This document shows positions 1-7,200 of a DNA stretch of 14,154 nucleotides, piece by piece; position 1 is the first letter of the stretch, and each line of letters starts with the position of its first letter. The position numbers and the translations under genes were made by a program. The DNA is taken from the NCBI GenBank assembly GCA_965233585.1, contig CBDDTI010000096.1:1-14154 (forward strand), read 5' to 3'. This DNA comes from a bacterium (GTDB lineage Bacteria; SAR324; NAC60-12). The notes beneath the pieces are model-generated. The model worked only from the letters and a program-made list of their open reading frames with translations. It had not been told where the DNA came from and ran no database searches.

Positions 1-503
1 TAGACTGGGATGGAGACACCACTTGGTGCTTTGTATTCATATTTGCTATCCTTTGTACATCCATATGTCAGGACTTGAAATTTGTCCCCTTTAAACATCA
101 TGTTCTTTTCGGTTGCCCACTTGTAAATCTTGACTAAATCCTCCTGTAAATTGAGTTCATCAGTTTTACCCCTGATCCTGTGAAGCACCTTTGTGTCATC
201 TACACAACTGGACACCTTAGAATGTGTAACATTCTCATTGATTATTTTCATCATGCAGATGAACAGGGTACCAGCAAGTACTGTTCCTTGTGGTACTTAC
301 AGGAATTGGGTCACTTTCTGCCCCATTGACCTTGACCACTTGGCTTCTTCCAGTTAGGAAGCTATAAATCCATTTACCAAGTGGCCCTCGGACTCCCAAC
401 CTTTGTAAAGTTCTTAATAGAATCCAGTGATCCACTTTGTCAAAAGGTTTTGCAAAATCAAGATAGATGACATCCACTGCATCACCTTCTTCTAGCCTTT
501 CTT
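1..503 (-). pseudogene. Decayed non-LTR retrotransposon (CR1/jockey-like) reverse transcriptase fragment, truncated at its 5' side and running off the left edge
   Basis: Minus-strand translation gives VDVIYLDFAKPFDKVDH...W..SFLTGRSQVVKVNG. After a frameshift near 297, where the usual SG of 'SGVPQG' is missing, it continues VPQGTVLAGTLF...SSCVDDTKV...LQEDLVKIYKWA..N.M.F..DKFQVL. The YADD-box equivalent reads CVDD. Confidence 0.92.
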
Positions 504-528
504 TCGAGCTTGATGTAGGCACATTTCT

Positions 529-570
529 TCTCAAAACACTCTCAAAACACCTTAAAACAGTCTAAAACGG
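529..570 (+). repeat. Short 10-11 bp tandem repeat with phased AAAAC tracts
   Basis: TCTCAAAACAC occurs twice (529-550), followed by CTTAAAACAG and TCTAAAACGG. AAAAC starts at 533, 544, 554 and 564. Confidence 0.6.
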
Positions 571-640
571 GCTTTTAACCATCCGTTTACGCATGAAAAC
601 CATCTTAAAGCGCTCTCAAACCACCTTGATGGCATCTACA

Positions 641-968
641 TTGAGCCTGTTGCAGGCTCAATCGAGCCTGTTTTCGTCTGTAATCGGCCTGCAACCGGCT
701 TGTTTTCGTCTGCAATCGGCTTGCAACAGGCTCGATCGAGCCTGTTGCAATCGAGCTTGTTGCAAGCCGATTACAGGCTCGATCGAGCCTGTTGCAAGCC
801 GATTACAGGCTCGATCGAGCCTGTTGCAAGCCGATTACAGGCTCAATCGAGCCTGTTGCAAGCCGATTACAGGCTCAATCGAGCCTGTTGCAAGCCGATT
901 ACAGGCTCAATCGAGCCTGTTGCAAGCCGATTGCAGACGAAAACAAGCCGGTTACAGGCTTGTTGCAA
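641..968. repeat. Palindromic 32-bp tandem array bracketed by 59-bp inverted repeats
   Basis: GCAAGCC recurs at 762, 794, 826, 858, 890 and 922 (period 32). The unit GCAAGCCGATTACAGGCTC(G/A)ATCGAGCCTGTT contains a 20-bp palindrome. 721-750 is a perfect 30-bp palindrome. 687-745 and 901-959 are reverse complements at 57/59 positions. Confidence 0.95.
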
Positions 969-1209
969 CATCTATTTTTCTCCATTGTCAAATTGTTCTC
1001 AATTTAAAAGCGCAAAGAAAGGTTTTGAGAATAAAAAATGTTTAAAAATTCCGTTCTTTTGCTCCAAACTCGCTCAAATGTAAAACTTTTTAACAATAAA
1101 AATGTTTAAATTCAAACTATGAAGGAGAGCGCTTAATTTAAATGTTTTACAGTTAAACCATTTCAGTATATCATTGAACCTTGTTCAGATAACACTCGCT
1201 GCAAAAATC

Positions 1210-1515
1210 ATGTTCTGTAACATTGATTTGTTCCAAAATAATCCAAAAGAAGACGTTGTTCTGCGACACATCTCCATTCTTCTCAACACAATAAACAAAA
1301 CTTTAAAATTGTTGGAAAAAGAAGTATTAGTTTATTGTCAAGATGTCAAAAATCACACGTTTTTATTTTATGGACCAAGAGATGATTTTGAAACTCGCGC
1401 ACAAATCATTCCTGTTATTCAAAAAGAACTAGAAGTGTACCATTATTACAAAAAAACTTTGGAACTTTTGTACATAATTTTTGCTCAAAATTTTTACACT
1501 CAGTTTTTTTGTTAA
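1210..1515 (+). CDS. Hypothetical protein, 101 aa
   Basis: ATG at 1210 in AAATC-ATG context, TAA at 1513-1515, initiator-like TCAGTA at 1163-1168. No recognisable motif. Confidence 0.5.
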   Translation: MFCNIDLFQNNPKEDVVLRHISILLNTINKTLKLLEKEVLVYCQDVKNHTFLFYGPRDDFETRAQIIPVIQKELEVYHYYKKTLELLYIIFAQNFYTQFFC

Positions 1516-1534
1516 AACATCAATATTTCAAATA

Positions 1535-1783
1535 ATGACAATTTTAGACTTTTCGTCCGAAAGCGAAGATAAACAACAAATTATTCCATACAACGTTTAT
1601 TATGACCCTAATTATGTAGAAGACGATGTTTCGCCTGGGCTATTGAGTTGTTTGTGCTTTTTATGTATGACACTTGGTTTATTTGCTTTATTTGAATATC
1701 ATTATCAAATATATTATGTGAATGTTAATAATAATACCAATGATTCTTTTTTACGTAATAAAACAAACAATTCGTTGATTTGA
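1535..1783 (+). CDS. Small single-pass membrane protein, 82 aa, possibly N-glycosylated
   Basis: ATG at 1535. Acidic/Tyr-rich N-terminus, hydrophobic segment GLLSCLCFLCMTLGLFALF, and a C-terminal tail with four NxS/T sequons (NNT, NDS, NKT, NNS). Confidence 0.55.
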   Translation: MTILDFSSESEDKQQIIPYNVYYDPNYVEDDVSPGLLSCLCFLCMTLGLFALFEYHYQIYYVNVNNNTNDSFLRNKTNNSLI

Positions 1784-2074
1784 CGTACCATGTCTTATTT
1801 TTCCAGCGCGTGTCTTTCGTTCCTTTACATTCAATTCATGCAATGCTGTCAATGCAAACAATTCATTGATTTTGCGCGCAATGTGCATTTAAATGTACAA
1901 TATTATATGCATAGTATAAACAGTCAAAATCGTTCCTTATTTATAATAAATATGTAGAAGAGCGCGTTTTGACCAAAATTTTTATTATATAAATAAAAAT
2001 CACAAATTCCATAATTTGAAATCCTCATTCTAAATTAAAATTTTGTTTAATTGACATCAACACCCAAACCCGTC

Positions 2075-3491
2075 ATGAAATTTTTTATTTTATTTTTTTG
2101 TGTCATTTTTTTGACACAAAATTCCTTTGCCCAAAACCTTTCTTTTTTTGAAAATATTTTAAAAATGTCTTCTGGATTTTACCCCCTCTTTAATTCCACT
2201 ATCAACTCAACTGTAACCAACCAATTGACGACCATCACCTCCACAACTACTGTGTCTACCACCACTACAATTACTACGACTTCTGCTGCCTCGTTTACAA
2301 CCACTACAATTACCACTTCAAGCTCCATTACTATTACAACTACCTCTACTTCATTGTCTAGCAGCACCACATCCGCAACTACTGTTTCTTCTACCTTACC
2401 AATCATCTTCTCTTCGACTTCATCAATTACCTCTACCACCAACAGCGTCACTACCACTGTACCAACGTCCATGCCTACAACTTCAACAACTTCGACTGTA
2501 TCAACAACTAGTTCCACAACCGCAACAATCACCTCTAACACCCCATTAACCACTGTCTCTTCACCTACATTAATTACCTCAACTACCACCCCTACTACCT
2601 CAACCATTAGCCCCACATTCACAACAAACCCATCCGCAACAATCACCTCCACCATCACCACTTCAAAGCCTTTAATCACTATTCCAAAGATGACATTTGG
2701 TGAATTTTTGCTTGAACAATTTACCTTTGACAGTAAGTCTCATTTGTTTCATTTTTACATTTATTTTCTCTAATATTCATATTACTATTTTGCAGACGGA
2801 TTTAAATTATTAGTAATTGTTATTCTTATGATCGTATGTCTTTTGGTGACGGTCCTAACAATTAAATTTTGGAGATTGAATAACCAATTAACTCAACACA
2901 ATCAACCCAATTCTGAAGTAAGTATTTTATTTTAAAATTTCTGTTTTACAAAAATTATAATTTTCCTATTTTATTTTCAGTTTTATGAAATGTCAACACT
3001 TCGTCGTGAGAAAGCCGATCAAGATTCAACTTCTGAAACAAATGTTGAAGTTTTGGACGCTCCTTCTTCTCCAGCTATTGACAATTCAGGACCAAAAACA
3101 TGCAACAAAATAATGAATACTGATGAATCATATTTGACGGATTTGGCGGTAAAAATATTTTTTATTCTCAAAATCATTCATTATAATCATACATTTACTT
3201 TATTATTTTTAGAAATCTCATTTTCAACCAGTGATTCGCCCAATTCCGTTGTATCCACGTACTACGCTCGAGAGACGACGGGCTCAATATTTCAATGAGT
3301 CTTTCAACCCTCTTTTTCCCGTCACCACCGCTCAAGATGACCCAACTCCGTTATATTCACGTTCTATATTTGACAGACGACGAACTCAAATTTTCAATGA
3401 TTCTTCCAACCCTCTTTTTTCCGTCACCACCGCTCAAGAGGAGTCTTCAAAATCTGCTTCTTCTGTTTTGCATCCGCCTACTTCGCTTTAA
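2075..3491 (+). CDS. Type I membrane mucin-like glycoprotein, 408 aa; join(2075..2732,2796..2917,2981..3148,3213..3491)
   Basis: Signal peptide MKFFILFFCVIFLTQNSFA followed by a long Thr/Ser-rich ectodomain. Three GT-AG introns (63, 63, 64 bp) join in phase. Exon 2, absent from the ORF track, supplies the TM helix LLVIVILMIVCLLVTVLTI followed by KFWR. Spliced length is 1227 nt, divisible by 3. Confidence 0.85.
3240..3443 (+). repeat. 102-bp (34-aa) tandem duplication in the mucin cytoplasmic tail
   Basis: PIPLYPRTTLERRRAQYFNESFNPLFPVTTAQDD versus PTPLYSRSIFDRRRTQIFNDSSNPLFSVTTAQEE. Confidence 0.9.
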
Positions 3492-3595
3492 ATTTTTATT
3501 TTATATTTTATTGTATTAGTAGGTAAGGTATTATTTAGAGTATGCGCATCTCTTTTATTTTAAAATATACATATGTACACAGTAACCACCTCATT

Positions 3596-4808
3596 TCATT
3601 GTTGAATTTTGGGTAGTTTTTTTTTAATGCCGAAACACAATTCCATGAACGCCTTTGTTATTTCTTCCAATCCTCTCAAAGGTACCTGGATTTTCATGAT
3701 TTTTGTCGAATATTGTTGGTTGTTTTCATTATACTGAAAAAGCATGCGGTTTAAAAGTGATCAATTTTTGCTATCAATTTTACTTACGTGTTCCTTTTTC
3801 ATGTAGATTACCGGCCAGGTCGACAATCCTCCAGCTTTTTGAATATGCCTCAAACCAGTGATTCCTACGGTCACTTGAGGATTAAGGTATACGACCTTAT
3901 ACATTGGTTTTATTGGAAGGCTAACAGTTTTTTCATCCACCTTTTTGTTCTTGATTAGTTCAATAAACTTCTTTAGTGTAGCCGGATTTATGTACATGTA
4001 CTGGAATAAAAATTTTATTATTTCTGCAATAAAATCAAGCCAAATTTAATTATCAAAACTTACGTTATCTGGCCCAAAAAAGTACGCTTCTCTTGTAGAA
4101 TGTTCTTTTTGCCATTCCACAAAATCAATGTCTCTAGTGTCAGCCATTTTTTCAGTTGTCCAATTTCGAAAAAATACTTTTTGCTCCTCTTCATTCATTA
4201 AAATTTGATACGCCATCAACGACGCACCTTCATAAACCGCGTGGTTGTTAATTTCATTTTCTAACTTCTGCATCTTCTTAATCGGATTTTTTCTTTTCTT
4301 TCCTAAAATATCTTGTGTCTGTTCGTCAAGGTCTTCATCCGTACTAATTACATTGTCATCATCAACATCATCATCATCATCATCATCGTCATTATTTTCT
4401 GAACTTTCATCGCTCGGTTGTTCTACTTCAGTTGAAGCATCATCAGAGTTGGAAGTTAACTCTTCCGCTTCCGATTCCTCAATTTCTTCAGACATGTCAT
4501 CTGATTCCGATGTTGACATGTTTTCTTTCTCTTTTTGTTTCTTTTCTAAAATGTTGATCAAAATAGCAAATAATGTTCACGTAATAAAATATAAATTTCA
4601 AATTACCTGATCTTAATTGATGTTTTTTATTTGAATTCTTCTTGGAGTTCCTAGTTTCACGTTTCTTCTTACCAATCTTTTTATCATTTTTTTCTGTCTC
4701 CTTTTTGGTCTTCTTCTTTTTCTCCTCCTGAATAATCTTATGATTGTCCTCTTTGGCATCTTTGATGCGAGAATTTAATTTTCTCTTTTTTATTGGTGAT
4801 TCCTTCAT
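3596..4808 (-). CDS. Basic/acidic nuclear protein with possible tandem PC4-like ssDNA-binding domains, 344 aa; complement(join(3596..3733,3788..4000,4064..4545,4607..4808))
   Basis: Three GT-AG introns (61, 63, 54 bp; donors GTAATT, GTAAGT, GTAAGT) fuse three track ORFs plus a fourth exon in phase (1035 nt). The protein has a Lys-rich N-terminus, an Asp/Glu tract and a globular C-terminal half. The gene model is well supported; the PC4 call is a tentative visual match. Confidence 0.8.
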
Positions 4809-5013
4809 GTTCTTTTCTTAAATGCGGGTTATTTACTCCAAACTCAAATTTATACTGACATTCAAAATAAAAATTCCATTCTTTTAAACCTTTTTAAAGT
4901 TTAATGTCTACCACCAACATGCGTTAGTTGACGCCCTAAAGGACCCAACACCGTCCATGTGAGAGGGCAAGTGTTCGATACGATCATTGAAATAAAATTT
5001 CAATTAAGAAACT

Positions 5014-5326
5014 AAGCTTGTGATCAAAAAATTTAAAAACTTAAAATGACACGAACATAAATTTTCCGTTGATTGAAGTATTTAACGGAGATTAGATGAT
5101 GTACATTGCATTGTCAACCAAGCACGTGTTCAAGGAATTTTAAAAACTCAAAATGACATGAACATAAATTTTCCGTTGATTGAAGTATTTAACAAAGATT
5201 AGATGATGTACATTGCATTGTCAACCAAGCACGTGTCCAAGGAATTTAAAAAACTTGAAATATCATGATCATAAAATTTTCATTGATTTAAGTATTAAAC
5301 TGAGATTAAATGATGCACGTTGCATC
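5014..5326. repeat. 107-bp direct repeat (two near-identical copies plus one degenerate) in a divergent intergenic region
   Basis: AACATAAATTTTCCGTTGATTGAAGTATTTAAC at 5054 and 5161, degenerate copy at 5268. CACGTG E-boxes at 5123-5128 and 5230-5235. Confidence 0.92.
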
Positions 5327-5415
5327 GAGAATCAGTGACCATAAATTTACTGTCAGAAATTTGATTGTTCAGGGTGTTGGGCAGGATTTTTCTCGTGCAG
5401 TTATTTCCTGGTGCG

Positions 5416-5501
5416 ATTGGTCTAGAAACCGTTTAAAAGTGAGCGCCTCACCGCTTAAATTTCTATAAAAGTCAGGATTTATATTTTCCATTCCGTCATT
5501 C
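5416..5501 (+). promoter_or_regulatory. Candidate RNA polymerase II core promoter
   Basis: Inverted CCAAT (ATTGG 5416-5420), TATAAAAG at 5464-5471, initiator-like TCATTC at 5496-5501, and no ATG before 5560. Confidence 0.6.
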
Positions 5502-5559
5502 CATTTTCGTTCATTTACCAAGAAAAGTCTTCTACCCCAAGTCAATTCTCAAGGTAAAA

Positions 5560-6342
5560 ATGCCTGGTCTTAACAATTCTGAATCTCGTCAAGTAATTCA
5601 TGACTCGCAAGGGTTAAGGGTTACAGTACGTATTGCTGATGATTCAACATCAAACTCTAACAACAACAACAACAACACCGCCGATGATTCAACATCGGAC
5701 CCTACAATCAATAATAATAACTCCGATGATTTGACATCGACCATCAACTCTGATGATTTAACATCAGTCTCTCCAACTGTTGTACCGATTGGACGAGGTG
5801 AGAGGTTAGCGAGACCAAATAACGTCTCAAACCCCCTTTTTGCTGGACGCGGAGTTGGACGAGGTGGGTCTGTCCGCAACACCTCAAATATTTCGAATGT
5901 CGGGCGTGGTGTTGGTCGAGGTCAACCAATTCAAAGAAATCCTCAACCATCTACTTCTGCTCCAACGGCTGGGCGGGAGGTTGGAGGCGGTGCTGGCAGG
6001 GGTGGAAGATATTTTCACCCTTACCGTCGTCCAGCAACTCAAACTTCGGCCTCTACCATAAACGGTTCTCGTTCAAGTTCCGTTATTTTTATAAACAGCG
6101 ATGGGGAAGAATTTGAGGAGGAGGAGGATTTTGATGAGACGGATTATGACTACCATTATTCTACTTGTGTCGAACATTTATTCAACAGAAGAAGAGTAAT
6201 TTTCGATATTAATGAAAGATATGCTGAGTCTTTGATTCAACGTCAAATACGATCACTTGAGCGACAAAATCTTTGGCTTCGAAATGAATGCCAAAGATTA
6301 AACACTCAATTGCAACGATGTAGGGAGTTGTTGTCTTCTTAA
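5560..6342 (+). CDS. Low-complexity protein with GRG repeats, PY-NLS-like motif, acidic patch and C-terminal leucine zipper, 260 aa
   Basis: AAAA-ATG start. GRGVGRG twice plus AGRGGR, RGGRYFHPY, EEFEEEEDFDE, and the heptad L-ERQNLW-L-RNECQR-L-NTQLQR-C. AATAAA at 6399-6404. Confidence 0.75.
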   Translation: MPGLNNSESRQVIHDSQGLRVTVRIADDSTSNSNNNNNNTADDSTSDPTINNNNSDDLTSTINSDDLTSVSPTVVPIGRGERLARPNNVSNPLFAGRGVGRGGSVRNTSNISNVGRGVGRGQPIQRNPQPSTSAPTAGREVGGGAGRGGRYFHPYRRPATQTSASTINGSRSSSVIFINSDGEEFEEEEDFDETDYDYHYSTCVEHLFNRRRVIFDINERYAESLIQRQIRSLERQNLWLRNECQRLNTQLQRCRELLSS

Positions 6343-6428
6343 GATTTTTTGAGTTCATAATGTATATATTATAAAATGTAGTCTCAAATTAATGTTAAAA
6401 TAAATTTTGATTTCAGAATTTTGTAAGA

Positions 6429-7148
6429 ATGCCGAAATCTTACGTGTGTCCCGAATGCCAAAAATCATTTGACAGAAAATCTTCTCGCGACAAACATCAT
6501 TTATTTCGTCATCGCGAAACTACAAAATCTCGAGCTCGGACCCCACTCAATCAGTCGTTTCAATGCCCATTTTGTAAGAACGAAGTAAGTTCTTTTAAAT
6601 CAAGAAAAGATTTAGTCTCACACATTGACGCTTCTCATTTAGAAAATTTAAATTATTCATTGTACAAATCCGCACTTAACGGAAAAATCAAATTTTATCG
6701 AAAACACATTTTTTCAAAAGAAACACTTCAAGGATTTGTTGCAAATAAAAAAAATAGACAAGAAATAGTTGACGTTATTTGTCACGAACTAAGTAAAACT
6801 TTTACGGTTAAAGTTGCTCTTATTTTGACAGCGGCGTATCAAATTCCTGATTTGAATTCTGCTGCAGAGAAGAAGGACATTGAACTAGATACTACCAATA
6901 TTGATGATACCTCTGATAAACCTTCTGATCAGTCGTCGCCTCAAATATTGTCCAATGATCGAGATGTTTTTGCTCTAAGAACCAGCTACATTCAATTCAC
7001 GTCTTTTGATTCATCCCGCTCGTTAAAAGGCAAAGTCCAAAAATTATTACATAATTTAGTAAATAGAGAAGAAGATTTGTTAATGAGAGGTTCTGGATGG
7101 AGATTTGAATCTTTATCTTTTAGCGATATTCAAATTACTAGCATTTGA
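6429..7148 (+). CDS. C2H2 zinc-finger plus terminal-protein-like ORF (region normally forming the N-terminus of Polinton pPolB), 239 aa
   Basis: Two C2H2 fingers (CPEC..H...H; CPFC..H....H), SALNGKIKFY, VKVALIL and EEDLLMRGSGWRFESL. The GSGW block is characteristic of Polinton pPolB N-termini. Ends TGA 7146-7148, with AATAAA at 7152 and 7187. Confidence 0.8.
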   Translation: MPKSYVCPECQKSFDRKSSRDKHHLFRHRETTKSRARTPLNQSFQCPFCKNEVSSFKSRKDLVSHIDASHLENLNYSLYKSALNGKIKFYRKHIFSKETLQGFVANKKNRQEIVDVICHELSKTFTVKVALILTAAYQIPDLNSAAEKKDIELDTTNIDDTSDKPSDQSSPQILSNDRDVFALRTSYIQFTSFDSSRSLKGKVQKLLHNLVNREEDLLMRGSGWRFESLSFSDIQITSI

Positions 7149-7200
7149 TTTAATAAACTTATTTTGTTTTATTCAAAAAAATTTCAAATAAACTTTGGAA

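Noticed and set aside
762..953. 32-bp palindromic repeats as a CRISPR array
   Set aside because: Units are head-to-tail with no unique spacers, there are no cas genes, and the context is eukaryotic.
593..1083. Three overlapping ORFs (593-1045, 700-1083, 792-1007)
   Set aside because: They are by-products of a stop-free 32-bp repeat that cycles the same peptides through all frames.
2179..2679. Val-rich minus-strand ORF
   Set aside because: Antisense shadow of the Thr-rich mucin codons.
3295..3519. 74-aa ORF overlapping the mucin last exon
   Set aside because: Alternative frame of the 102-bp duplication; splice phase selects the frame ending at 3491.
4245..4610. Ser-rich plus-strand ORF
   Set aside because: Antisense shadow of the Asp/Glu tract of the spliced minus-strand gene.
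5598..6061. Small ORFs 5598-5882, 5744-5950 and 5840-6061
   Set aside because: They lie within the 260-aa ORF and have no independent motifs or signals.
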